In this document: positions 13,328-28,100 of the stretch, piece by piece
Layout of the letters: each line of letters begins with the position of its first letter
How positions within the stretch are numbered: the stretch's first letter is position 1
Assembly (NCBI RefSeq): GCF_964355755.1
Contig: NC_092677.1
Coordinates: 9,570,101 to 9,634,100, forward strand
Source of the DNA: Antedon mediterranea
Taxonomy: Eukaryota; Animalia; Echinodermata
Direction of reading: 5' to 3'
Length of the DNA stretch: 64,000 bases
Notes under the pieces: model-generated
Told to the model about the DNA's origin: nothing
The model's database searches: none
Seen by the model: only the letters and a program-made list of their open reading frames with translations
Program-made: the position numbers and the translations under genes

Positions 13328-14504
13328 CGAATGCAGGCTGCACAACATTTATAAATTATTATTATTATTATTGTTACATGGCTGACAAGATGAATATTAG
13401 GGTTGGGAAAGTCATAATTCATTTCCTGTTTGACTGAGTATGGAGTCTGGTAACCAGACATTAATTTTTTATAAACCCATCTATAATGTTTTTAGTTCCT
13501 TGACAACTAGGTTTAAATTTTAGAATGGGAAGGATTCTGCATATGAAATAAATATACCACCAAAAGGAATAAACAAATATGTATATAGTATATAATTAAT
13601 TATCTCTTTTATGGAAGGATAGTATTACTAGGGATATGTGTTGTTTACAAAAAGGTTAAGCAAATCTGGGTGAAGAGTGATTGAGTCAGCATTAGTGAAT
13701 TGCTGTCTAGAACCTAAATTATTAGATGGTTAAAACTATATGTTTTTGTCTGGAATTTGTATTGTTTTTTTTTTTAAATTAAAAATGAATTCTAAATAGA
13801 TCAAATAGAGAAAAAAGAATATTTGCACTTTATACTGGATTTTGTCCAATTTATATATATATTGTTATTAGCAGTTAAATTAAGTAACACCGATCTTATA
13901 CCACAGAGAGAATGTTTAAAATGGGAGAAATAACATATTTTTAAGTTGAATTTATATTCACTACTATGATCATAGAGATATATAATATCTCTATGCTATG
14001 ATAAAATGAGAGGAAAATAATTGTCTTATATAGTTTTTTAATATATGTGTTTTATGTCCTATAAATTTAATGACTTATTTATTTTTGTTGATCATATTTA
14101 AGGAATACCTTTTGAACTGGGTCAACAATTTGACCTATAAATAAGTATTGCAATTAAAATAAATGAAAAAAAGAGATAAATAGCAGTCACTAAAAACGAT
14201 TCTATATAGTTTTCAAAATGTAGCCTGAACATATACTGTACTAATTCTGTTCTTTTTGGTAATAGATTTTCTTGTAATAAAAGTTTATAAACAAATTAAG
14301 TTATCATTATTATGTTTATCTCATAAATTTCGAAGTAATAAACAGAAGAAAAGAAAAAGGGCTCAGGTTGGCCACAGTAAGGAATAGTGAGGGTTAGTGG
14401 CCATTAGTGTGAATTTTGTTTTGAAGAATTGCAACTTCAAACAAAAAAGATGCATGTTGTTCAGGGTCTGTAGAGATTTATGTGGTGATAAATGGCCATA
14501 CAGT

Positions 14505-14634
14505 CAGTGGCGTAACAGCTATGAGCACTCATTGGCTAAACCAGAGGCCCCTGAGCAGTGCCCAAAGGAAAAAACAGGCATTAAAATATGTCAAAAGGGC
14601 TAAAAACGCCTCCGCGCCTCGTTATGCCACACCG
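14505..14634. mobile_element. hAT-like MITE (CAGTGGCGTAAC family)
   Basis: Starts with CAGTGGCGTAAC and is flanked by repeated ATACAGT. Same family as 50989, 52187 and 53535. Confidence 0.6.
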
Positions 14635-16163
14635 TATACAGTACAGGGTATGGATGGAAGCCTCTGGTGATAAACTGCAATACATGCACAGATTATATGA
14701 GAGCTTGTCATTCAGCATACAAACGATTATTTGATAAAGCAAAGATAGTAGCCTATATGCCTACCATACACCTAGCCTAGAGAGAGGAGGCTCCCTGCTG
14801 TCTAGCTAGCTAAACTAAATGTAGGCTAGGGCCTAGCTTAGGTGACTCAAACATAGATGAATTGCTCGACAAGGTTTAAGATTACGTATTATTAATAGTC
14901 CTAGCTTTGCTTTTTATTTTACAGTAATGAATTAATTAGTTTCGACTTTTAAAACTTACATTTTTATCAAATAATTCATGTTTAATTCCGACTACCACAG
15001 ACTTCGTCCATACAGCGTTTTAAGTTTCAGCGCTCCAAATCAAAGACAAACTTTGCTGTATTCTGATTGGTTGAATATTTATATTATCGTCTGCCAGATT
15101 CTATGTAATTAGATAGACGCCCTCTAGAAGCAGAACACATTTTGCCATTCTTAATTTACTCTTATTTTTGGGATAAGTGATGCATAGAAAGAGGATGCAG
15201 ATATATTTTTTTTCTATATATGAGAATTAACAAATATTATTCAAATTTCAAAACATACAGCCTAGCTCAAGAGCAGACAGAGCTTTAAAGTTTGATAGAG
15301 CTTCAAGCTTGTATATTTTTTGTGAAAACACGAAGATAAAGCTGCTGGGCAATTGCTTGTCTTGGAGGAACAAAAATAAAAATACAATTTCATTAACACT
15401 TGCCTTTTATTATCTACTAGTCTACACTTTTCTTATTCAACGCAATTTATAACCAAAATTATTTTATACACAACTTGTTTTAAACCCACAAACATTTAGG
15501 TTATGAAGATTCTCACACACCAAAGAATATATAATAATCTTTGGTTTCTTTCAAAATATTCCAAAGAAAAAAAATTGTTAATTACAAACCTAAATATGAT
15601 ACATTTTTTTACTGTTGTGTGTTCAGACGAAAAGAAAAAGAGTTGTAAGGTAAAATGAATCCAACTGTGCATCATTTTTAATTCGTCAAAGTTGTTAAAA
15701 CTCTCATGATTCATATGAACTATTCTTCTTGTTCTGTATTTTTATTGTTTTACATTTTCTAATTATGCTATATAAATATGGACAATAAAACCTATATAGC
15801 CAATATTATAGTAACATTTTTTTCTTTAAATTACTGTTTTTACATAGAAAAATTACAGAAGAAATTAAGATGTAACCATTTTTATTGGTTAAATTGTGCA
15901 TACCAAGATAATGGCGTTATATAAAACTATTTACTTCATATATTTTACAGTTGTTTCAATTGTTTACAGTTTTCATGCCTTAATTATTCATTTTTAGATC
16001 TTTGTTTAATTATGACTTTGTTTACATTGATATGCATGACTAAACATGATAGCACATTGTAAAACACTCTTCTACTAATTCTTATATCGAATGACCTTCA
16101 GAGCATAGTATCGATGACCTTATCAACCAATCTAAAGATATAAAACCAGCTTATTCAGAAAGG

Positions 16164-19100
16164 TTAGACAGGCGAGCTGGCTTGGTTTGTTGTGCTTGCT
16201 TGTTTTTGTTGCATACAGCTACGGGCTACGGTATCAAACAACCTACAAGAAAGAAGATTAACAATTGTTGTATTCGATTAGAACTTCACAGTTGAGTATA
16301 GCTGAGTATTTATTTAACAGAGTATTTGAGCATTGAGATTGTTGAACACAATCCATTTACAATTTACCATTCGAATAAAAAAAAGTACAACACAACAATT
16401 ATCATTACCCTTGTGGAAAAGGTCAAAGGTTGGACTTGTTAGGTATGGCAATTCTATTCATTAGTATATTTGAATATAGTAGGTAGTAAAACAAGTACAT
16501 GTTTTAAATATAGCTAAGCCCTATTCATGAGACACTTCTATGAGTTTAATTTGTTGTACCAAAAAACTTACTTTTCAATTTCTGGTGCGCAGTGGACAAA
16601 GTCATGACTCCAGAACTTAAAGCTTGGGTTGCGAATCAGTTCAATAAAGGTGATTAGTAATCCCCAGGGGTGGGGTCGATTCACAATTAGACGTTCCAGA
16701 AGCACTCTGCAAAATAAGCATGGTTTGAGAACATGTTTCTTGTACCAATGAAATACAGAACATGTTAAGCTCTGTCTACACTATCAAACTTCTCGTGACA
16801 AAAAAATGTATGGACATGATGATTTCATATCACTTTCATATTTGGAAACTTTTTTTGTTAAACTAGTGTGAGTGTAGACCGAGATTAAGAAAAATAATTG
16901 TTATTGTAATATTTTATGTATCATTTTATACCTTGTAATTTGCTCTTGCAGGGCCTCGGAGTTTGCCTCAGCAAATAAGTAAAGCAACGTACAGCTGAAG
17001 TAATGGGTGTGACTATTAGGATACCGAAGTTGATTTGCAACTGCGTTTAAAAACAGGTACCGCCCTGAAAGTAAATATTTAATTCAAGAATGATATGAAA
17101 GTAAAAAAACAATAGTGGAATACACATTTATATGAGAACTTCCCAGGATAGGTTAGTTGATTTTAAGAGAGGGGTTGGGTTGCATCCAAGGCCTACTGGA
17201 CCTGTGTGAATCTGCCCGTTTGTAAAAAAGTATCTTGAAGGGTGCTAAAAATGGCAGCACCCACCTTCGGTGTCCAAGTCAACTGCTAAATTCTGAAAGA
17301 TATCCATATGCGATGAATGCGTAATCGTGTTCATAGATGGCGTGCTTCCCTTGCTATGAAGGTACGCTATTGCTTGTGATCCAACATAGAGTACCAATGC
17401 ATTCATTAGAGGTACGTTGTATCTCTGACCAGGTTCGTGAGACACCTGTAAATGGCCTCTCAGCTCAGACAGGAACGTGACAGGGCTTCGAGTCTTAATA
17501 TAAGAATCTAACTCCTAAAAAATAAGAAATTAAAAGTATATTGAATTTCAATATTTTCAAATAAGAAAGTTATGCAAATATTATGAAAATAATTATATTT
17601 GATTTACCTTTTTAAATGTTACTGGTTGAATCATAGCCGAGAAATTTGTTAGGATCCGTGGTGGCTGCGTGATATCCGATAACATGTCCACTTTCAAGTT
17701 AGGAGTGAATGGGTCTGGTAGACGCATGTTACGTGGGAATGCACTTAAAATCAGGTTGCGCATTTGAATACAGTTTGGTGGGATGACATCGCAAAAACCA
17801 TAATGGTAGTCGCACAAAAATTCTGGGAAATCATGAAGTAGAACTAACAACAACCGGAGAGTTCCCTAAACAATGGAAAAAAGAATGAAAGTAAGTTTAA
17901 TCAATTCAATTTACCAGACAGTACCACAGTTCTGTCTGCACTTTTTAGTTTTTACAAACAAAAAGTGTGATGTACCCAAATATGAAAGTATCATTCAGTA
18001 TAAACACAGAATCGATAATATCAAATAAAATACAATATATATCACCATTAAATATTTATTGTTAAGATAGATACAAAACAAAGTAATGATTATATACCTT
18101 ATATAATAAAGAGGCATGTTTTGACAAGTCAGCATTGCGTAAGAATGGTGTAACAAACTTGAAGATGTCAATCAACAACTGGGCATACATTGGCCATCCT
18201 TGCTGTAAATAGAATAATGTACAAAATAATATCATTTACAAAACTGTCATTATAAATAATTTATCCTTCCTCCTCTGATAGTACAGTAGATAGATACATA
18301 TGCAGATACAGAGGTGGGTGTCTTGGCAATTACAATGCAAAATATAAGACATTTCAGCACTTCATTTTACAATTTTAGGGGCACTCTCCTTCCCCCTATT
18401 TCAAAATCCTGAATCTAAACCTGAATTATAGATTGTGTAAGGAACAAAAGAAGAGGCTAGGCTGCCCAGAAATAAAATGACATGTTGACACAACCCATTT
18501 CGGTGTCAAAACGTAAATGAGGATGATGCAAACAGATGGGAAAGTATTGAATGTACAAACCTTTTGTTGTGGCATGGTTGCCAACATGCGTTCGATGAAG
18601 ATTCTATGGGAAATCAATTCCAACCATGAATACACAAAACCAGGTGCTTTTGATGGACGTAGCACATGAAATGCGTTACTATAAAAAAAAAAATGATTGT
18701 GGAATTAATATGAATTAAGTCAGATTCAAATCACTGTTATATTTTAATATAGAAGGATTACAGTAGAAGAGTTCCTTTGGGACATTGTTATAAAAGGACA
18801 CCTCTATTAAAGGGACACTCTCCTGTGTAATGAAAAAAAGGGGAAACCTATGATTTACACTATTGCCAACCCCTATTAAAGAGACACTTGGTCATCAAAG
18901 CTGTCCTCTCAATAGAGGTTCCACTGTAAATATTTCTAAGGTTCTGTTTACACTATCAAACATGTGATGTGACAAAAAGTGTGGTGTGCCCAAATATGGT
19001 AGTGATATGACATCATCATGTTCATATATGGGCACATGACATTTTTTTGTCACACCACATCACAGCGCTTTATTCATACAAACTATATAAGTAATCTAAA

Positions 19101-22100
19101 TCTCTGCTAACACTATCAAACTTTTATGTGACAAAAAAAGGCCCAGATCAACACATGGTTGTTCTTCCACTCACCAGAATGCAGTCATCACTTGAAAGTT
19201 AATGGTCTCTAGCACGTGTTCTGGTGCGTTGAGTTCAAGTAGAAGCATAATGAAGATTCGATGGTAGGGAAGCTGTTGAAAGTCACTACCTTGCTTTTCA
19301 TGATCATGAAGTAATACTCCAGCCACAATGCCAAGTACCTAGAAAACGCAATGATACACTTTTGCACACTAAAGGCTTTCAATTATTGTTATGGATTATT
19401 ATGGAGTTTAATTTTGATTTAATATATTTTAATACCATACAATTACACAAAGAAAATGGAAAGACAAAACAACTACACTAATCATTAGTATGGTACCAGG
19501 GATAGCTCTCTAAATCCCCAAAAGAGTATTCACATCTTTTCGCACAATAATTTCATTTCACAGTAGCCCTAATAATGTTGTCCAATGAATAAGGATATAG
19601 CAATAGATATGTTCTAATGTACTTTAAATCCATAAATAATGTCTTCTTCAATCACCAATAATTGAATTGCGCAATATGCAAATTGTGCCAAAAAGTTGTC
19701 ACATAATTTTAACACACCTTGTTTAATAAGTTTATTTTTGTAACACTATTGGCTGCATCTCCAGAATGTTTTACTAATAAGGCAATCAGACGAACAAAGG
19801 CATCTAGTGTGTGGAAACACTTTGAACGTGTCAACGTAGGTGTGTGTGCTTGCTCAGACAGGGCGTGGTAGCACAGCTTCACGCACAGTTCTGTGCATAT
19901 TCGGAAAAAACGGGTGATGAGGTCGTCAGTCTTTAAAATACCCTGCTGGTGCATCTGAAAATGGGCAAAGAAAATGAAAAATTGCGGTGTAATTGTTCAA
20001 TGTTCACAACTATCACAATCAACAATATAGGTTCATAAGAGTGCATTCACACAATGTGCTGCTTTTGTTGAATGGAAAATACAAGAAATTAAACAGCGCA
20101 ATCTACTCATCCATGAAACAGAACTAATGGAAAGTAGCTTTAATCTTTAACATTTAGCAGGTAAAATTAAACATTTAGATGACTACAATCATTTTAAAGT
20201 TCTTAAGACAGTAATTGATGTAAAGCGCCACGATTAATGTCATAGAAATGTGCGCTATATAAAGAAGTTCATTGTAAATCGAAACAGACAGATATCTGCA
20301 GTAAATGATTGGAATAGTTTGCCATATCATATAGCAAATGCATCCTCTATCAATAATTTTAAAACCCATCTTGAAACACATTGGAAAACCCAAAGCCTAA
20401 AGTTTGAGCCATATAACCAAGATGTTCAAAGAGGGACTTGCAAACCTTGACAGGTTTATAGTCTAAAGGTCAAGGTAGGTCAAGGTAGGTCAAGGTAAAA
20501 AATAAGTTGCAGTTTCAACAAAATAATAAAAAATAATATTTTCTAGATACCTGGTTTACAAATGCAGAGAAAGCCTTTGTGCTGTCGCGTCCGCCAGCTG
20601 GCGAGTGGTACATGTTGACCCATTCACGTAGTAGATATTCAGTCTTCTCTTGCAGGCCTGCTGGATCATCAAACTCCCTAGCCTGTGAGATGCCGGAGTG
20701 CATCATGGATGTAGGCCCTCCAGGGGCCTTATCCAGGAAAGCTGGATCCTGGTTTTGACGTACAAGCTCAATTAGATGTGCCAATCGGACTCCAAATGGC
20801 CCAGGCCTAAAAAAGCAAATGAAATTATATTGTATACTTATAGTATGGAATTTACAATTTACATTTGTCCATGTACAAAGGAGATAATATTATTCTATAA
20901 GAATCACAAAACTAGAAAAGCTGAAGTCATAAAAAATGTTGTCAGATAAACCTTATTCAACCAACATATTGACAAATAGTCTTCTGGAAGGTTTTCATCA
21001 TACTAAGATATTGATGAGAGAATTTAGTCACTGCAGTTATACAAAAAGTTATAATGCAGCACTCACATGTCAGATGGATTTGATGAACGTGCAGCGATCA
21101 TTGCAAGGACTTGCAATGTGTTGTACAGATCGGCCTCATTCAAAATGTTGCTCTGTTTCTCATCAATTAAAAACCGTTTGGCCACGTTCATTGCGAATGC
21201 TCCGGCCGTTTGGTTCATGCCATTATCCATGGACTAAAAAATTGAAATATGATATTAGTAATGTCATCCTTATTTAGAGATATTTCTAATTACTGACTTG
21301 TGCAATTCTGCATAGGAAAGTGATACTGATAAAACTGGCCAGAGTGATATCGATGTGAGCAAATTGATATCGATGTGGGCAAAGTGATACTGACCTAAAC
21401 AGAGTAATACTGACCTGGGTAAAGTGATACTGACCTAAACAGAGTAATACTGACCTGGGCCAAAAGACATAGGCAACCAAAGATACTATAAACTTGTGAT
21501 ACTGACAAAAAAATACTGACTAAAGGCAAGAAGAATACTGACATATAGGAAAAGAACTAATGACCCAGGTAACACAATACTGACCTGGGTAAGAAAATAC
21601 TGACCTGGGCAAGGTGCATATCAAATGCTTGCAGGTTAATGAGATGTGCTCTAAGGAGAACTTCTATAGCATCAAGGTTGTACTTCTGTTCTCCTCTGTC
21701 GCATACAATTCTGTAAAATAAATATGTTGTGTATAGATTAGGAATCGTCTCAACAGCACACTAAAATGCAACAGTTTACAGTTCAGTAAATCTGTATTAT
21801 AAAACAGTATGTATTGCTATTTAGCTTACTTAGTGACTTGTTTATTGGTCCATTGTGGTCCGTAGGCTCTCTGATCCTGTAGACCTTTGAGTACTAACAA
21901 GTGACTGCTCTGGTAACGCATGCCTATCTCAGGGTCTAGAGTCTGTGGAAAGTAGCCTTCCATAAGACCATCTACAGTCTAAAAACAAAATCCGACATAT
22001 TTAGATTATGGTAAAATAAAACAATATTTTAAAGGTAATAGTGACAAAAGAACACTGCATTTATAGGCTGGGTAACTCTTAATGAATCTGAATACAACGT

Positions 22101-25100
22101 CATACTGTTATGGCCTTAATCTCTGTCTACACTGTCAGACTAGTAGTATAATGTGGCCAAATATGGTAGTGATATGACATCATTGTGTCCATATATGGGC
22201 ACATCACATTTTGTTTACAATTTTGATAGTATAGTATCTATTATTATTATTAGTTACCTATTAACATGAACATACTTCCCAATTTTAATAGTCCTAAAGC
22301 AATAAATATACAGTATTTATGCCACTTACCTTTTGCAGCAGTGAGAGAGCATTAACAACTTCCCGTGAGTTGCGTGCCAACACAACAGCTTCCAGTAGCA
22401 TCTCCATTACTTGTACATGTTGGCTGTTTGGTGCTATCAAACTTGCTTGTTGGATGTGTTGTTCGATTTCAGTTGCACATTTGTCATAGATCTGTGTAAT
22501 CTCATCAAGGGGATATGGTTGCTGTTGAAAAAAAAAACTAATGTAGTTAATATTTAAGTAAAATTAAAGCCTCATTCGCACTGTACTTTTTTTATAAATC
22601 AAAATAACCAAACAGCCAGTAAGATTGACAGGAAAAGTCAAACACTTTTTTTCAACTTCTTCTTGGTCAACATACATGAGGTACATTGGCTGGTTTTTTA
22701 GTGAACATTGCACAGCAAAAACGAAAGGGCTAGTTTAACCTAGCTGCAAAGTCCAATGTGAAAGCTGGTTAAACAGAGTCACTAAAAACTGATGTCATCA
22801 TAAGATCTATTTTTCATTTATTTATTCGACACAATCAGTCAAGGGGTTGCAACAGGAACAATGCGCCATAACACGAGAGTGTCCACAACCCATATATCAC
22901 AATGTTTGTCAAACAATGACAAACATTTTTATTTTCTGCCAGATTTATACCGAGAATTCTTACACAGGTCAACGCCTATGTACATTTATATTTTGAAGAT
23001 CGTAATTACCTGAGCTGGTTGTGCTGATTCTGTAGTTGGAAGGAAGCCAGGAATTACACGTGCAAACTCCTCATAAACAGCAATCTGTGATGGTGTTACA
23101 CTACCAACCTAAACAAAATGAAAATTAAGCGTATTAAAGCATATATTAAATTTCACATGACCTTTAACCTTGGGTCATGATATTTAACCTTTAAGTCAGG
23201 ATATAAATGAGATTAAATTACAAATACGTAAACGTTCAGTAGGCCACTATATTTAACCTTTTGGTCATAATATTAAGAAATGAGATCATTAAATTTATTT
23301 TCACATGACCTTTAACCTTTAGGTCAAGACATTCAGAAATTATTTTATTAAATGGAATACCTTAAGTCTAATCTGTTCGGGCATTCTCTCGGCTTGATAG
23401 GTAAGGACAACAGGATCACAATAACGGCGTCCTTCATTTCTAGCATGTTTTCGTAGTTCGATTTCCTGAAAAATCAGAAGTGTAAATAATGGACTTAAAA
23501 TTGTAGACTTACAGAATGTTTAATAATACTAATATTTGTTAAGCGCACATATTTAACAAGATGCACATATTTTGATGGTGAAATCAAAAGGAAAAATTAA
23601 TCCGTAAGAAAACTATCAACACTATACAAAACCCACATAATTGCATTCTATTTACCAGCAATTTAAGGCACACAGACTACCTACTCAGGTTTTTCCAGTT
23701 ATGAGAGCATTTCACTAGACAATAAAATAGTCTAAAAAATACAATTACAAATGAAATCAAGTCACGTAAAAGGAAGAGTATGAGCTGGAAACATCTCAAG
23801 TGGGGTGAAAGGGATGTAGAAGTTACAAGAGAGTTATCAGAAAACATTCATCACTTACAGTAGCTAGTCTACGGTCCATTTCTGGAACAGCTTTCTCTAC
23901 AGCACACTTCTGAATAAAAGCACATGCAAGTTCTACATTATCTGCAGCTACCAGCGTGGCTGCCTGCTCCATTAATTCCTTTTGTTGAGGAGATGCAGCC
24001 TGCAAGGAAATGCATGAAGTTAAAGCACAATAAATACACATTGGCTGGGATAAACATTCAATAGAGAGATTTAACATTTCTAATATGGAACTTGATTTAT
24101 GAGGTAATGGTGGAAAGCTAAACATGTTAACATGTGTCATATGACCTACATCTATTTTAGCAAAATAAAGTGACAGATCCACAATTTTGAAAAAGTGGGA
24201 TGGGGTATCCCAGGGCCTAAAATGAAGTGCCAATTTTAATTTGATGTCCTATCTTTTGCATAATAATTCTCAACAATTTAGAAGGGCCCTAGACCGACTG
24301 GCTGGCCTCTAGAATTCTAGAGTCTTTGGAATAAGAAACCAAAATAAAAACATTGTCCATCTAAACAAATACTCTTTGCAAATAAACAAAAGTAAAGTAA
24401 GGTTTGCAGTACACTATGCTTATTAGTTTTGAATAAAATACTTTTTTGGTTGATTACATTTTCAAATCTACTTCATTCCGTAATTGATTCCATTATTTGT
24501 TTTCAATTCACTTTACCATTTAAAAAGTAACCACTTATTTATTGACCACTTTACGATACGATAGTATTTATTGTCATTTATGCATATAAATACAATAATA
24601 AAGAAATTACAGAGATCTAACAAACTTACTATTAAATACATGAATAGAATTATAAACAAATGATTGTCGGCAACGTTTATGGAGAGAACAACTTACCTTG
24701 AGCGTTGTCAAGCACACAGTCTTAAAGTTGTTACTAATGCTTAGCAACAGAGGTTCCCTGCACGTGATCATAGCCATACCGGCTGTCAGGTTACGCACCA
24801 TATGATGTGCCGCTAGTCTGATACGATTTTCCTCGGGATCTAATGCGAAATCCTTCAGAAAAAAAAACAATGATGAATAACGATTGTTAGAAAAAAATAG
24901 TGCTTTATCACCAAGAAAATGTATCAAAATATTGGTTATACAGTCAACTCTTTCAATATAAAACTTGTATGGGCTGGGCAAATATAATATAATAAATTAC
25001 CTTCTTCACAATTTGTTCACATGTGGTGAGAGCAATTTTGATAGATCGCTCGACAACTGGTTGTACTAGTTCCTGCACCGAGCGCTCTACTGCTATACGA

Positions 25101-28100
25101 ACACATGCGCGTAGCTGAGGAATCATTTGGAAGATCTCGGCCTAAACAGAGCAAATGATAAGATTATAAATATGGGAAATTCAAAAAAGGAGCAATCGGT
25201 TTTTAAATAGGTTTAAGAGGGGGGGGGGGGGGTCGAGAAGGGTGGTTTGGGTTCAAGTGCCTAAGAAATACAAAATGAACTGCTGAACATTACCAAATGT
25301 CCTATATTTAAATTTTCAATATTTAGGGGAGGCGGGCTGAACTCCTACATTACCTGACTACTGACTGTAATATGTGGAACAAGACCATTTAACGATGATG
25401 TGTTGAGGTCTTGGAAGTTGAACTGAGGCTGAGCAATAGTTGAGGAAGTAGTCGGTGTTGTTCCTGACGTGGCTGGTGCTACAGCAACGCTCGGTGTTGA
25501 CACAATAGTTTGTTCGTTGGACACAGTGGGTGGCAGTAACGATTGTTCTTGCTTGTGTTTACGACGACCAGAGAGTTTAGGTTTGAAGTGTAGTAGACGA
25601 TCTGCTTCTTTCAGATAACCACAGATAACAACTTCCTGTGAATTTAAATACAGTATATCGATCAGTGAGACAAGTTTGTATACAAAATTAAGAGTAATTT
25701 ATAAAAATGTTTAAGCCCAAAATATTCAAGGATTCATAATTCAACATGGAATTTCACAATCATATTACCATGTTTACAAGAAAAAAATAACCAGAACATT
25801 TTTGAAATGGTGATGCAGCAAAATTTGCTTGTTGTAGACCTTTGGTGATTCTAGTTTGCAATGCTGCAAAGACCACAAAGGTCACAAGAAACTGTGTCAT
25901 GACCTTTCACCTTTGAAAGTGTGACATAACTCTTTGATAAAGTGATTCTAATTAGTGACCATAGCTCACCAAATGAATGTACTTTTTGCGATTGTAATTT
26001 TTGTATTTTAATTAAATAATAGACGGCATTTGATATCAGCTCCTCTGCGAGGAAACTGGAAACGTTGTTGAGAATAAAACTAAACCTAAAACAGAGTGGT
26101 CATTAGTTTGATGAAGACCTCTATAAACTTACATTGATGTCTAGACTTAAGTGTTTACATAACACCTCCACTTCAAACTTAAGGTTCAACTTGAGGTCAG
26201 GTTCTTGATGTAACTCGGCTAGAACACCCATGACAGCCATCGTCCACGGGTTTGGCGGTTTGAACACTTTACTCTTCACGCACGACTCAATAATCTTGGC
26301 AACAAATGGTACAACATACAACAGCTCAAGTTCTGAGCGTTCGTTGTGATAGGCTTCTAGGATAAGTTCTTTTAGGTCTATGTTTATCTGTAAGATTGGT
26401 TTGTTCTTGGCTAGCGTCAGCATGCCAAGCCAATGGCCTAGATTCTTTAACAGAGATCTGTCAGAGAAGTTTGAATCACTCTTATCAGAAGCCAGTAAAA
26501 CCTAGAAAGAAAAAGAAACGGTGGATAATTCTATATTGTATCCAGAATATTAAGGTACTCCGGAAGCAATAATCATGCCATGCCTACAGTTAAATAAAAA
26601 TGGATTATACATTAGTAAAGTAGGCAGTTTGTACACATCTGGCTTATGTGCACTTTAAAGAACCTAGTACATCTTTCAAAATAGGTAGGTGTACTATTAT
26701 ATCCACAGCCACTGTCACACAGACACTTATCATAACACATCATGAGGGCCCCTTGATTGTCAGCATGCGCTGTTTAAGCTCACCCTCTATAAATAAAGGT
26801 TAAATAAAAAAAATTTACAAAAAAAATGACTTACTTCTATATTTCTAAGTGTTTCATTAATAACCATACTCGAGAAATCTGGCATTTTAAGAGTGTCTAC
26901 AAAAGATGAGTACAGGGAATGAAAATTGAATTCAATGCTAGCCCGCTTCATCACCATGTATTGCGCAATCCACTGCTTGTACTCGGCTACACTCTCTTTT
27001 ATATCATCTGCCTATAAAAATCAGAAATAACAATGCAGTTCATTATTATTATTATGGATTTATTATTAAGCTTGAAATGAAATCACTTCTTAATCGCTCA
27101 ACATTAACATATCATTGATATAACAATAATAATTTTCCCGTTGATATAAAGTTTGCGGTACACCACGTATATTAGTTCTGAAAGAACTGTTGAGTTTTTA
27201 GACGTTTCGACAATATGCTTTGATCGTCCCTATACCAAACACCCAGAAATTCTGGTATTGCATCTGTTTCCGGTTTTTATTGAGTCTTGTATGAGAAAAG
27301 TGTTATTCCAGTAGGGTACAATTTCTGGGAAGTGGTAAATACATACCTTAATTGTCATGTTGGACTGTGACAAGTTGTTGAAGATAAATGCTATTTTATC
27401 CTGAACATTTTCTGGAGGTTCTTTCGGCTCATCCTTCCTGGCTACTAGCAATGTATTGATATTTGTTGTGTTGGCAATTGACGGCTGAAATTAATGCATT
27501 TACAGATACAGTTACAAATTATAGCAAAAAAGTGTTTATCTGTGGATTGTGTCAATTTGTATTTGTGACAGTGTTAAGTCTTCCTTTTTTCACAATGATG
27601 ATGTTACTTTATTTAATTTATTAAAAAGTTTTATTTTCTTTTGCTATGGACCGTGTGAATTTTAAGTAAAAGGTGTTTATACATTGTACGGATTTTTTTT
27701 TAAAGACATAGTAAATTTGAATTTGATTAGTAAAAGGAATTGAGTGTTTACTGGTATAAAATTCATATAAAACTTATTTACTTAAAACTTATAAAAATTA
27801 TACTAAAACCAATTTCTGTTTTAATACTAACATGCTTGGTTGTTTTTGCCGATGTCACTGATGTTGTTGCCGTTGTCGTAGTTATTGTCGTCGTTGTTGT
27901 CTTTGAACTTCCTGTAGTGGTTGACGTGACTGTTGTAACAGTAGGCGTAGAGGGTGTTGTTGTGCCAGTCTGAGTACGAGCTGGCGGTTCACGCTGCTGT
28001 TCGCCATATCGAATATACTGTGATATAAAGAAACAAAATCGCATTACATTTTACAGATCTATATCAAGGTTACTCACATAACCTACTAAAATACAAACAA

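Noticed and set aside
23150-23335. Repeated TGACCTTTAACCTT motifs resembling nuclear receptor DR1 sites
   Set aside because: Looks like a degenerate local tandem duplication of a common motif; no further support.
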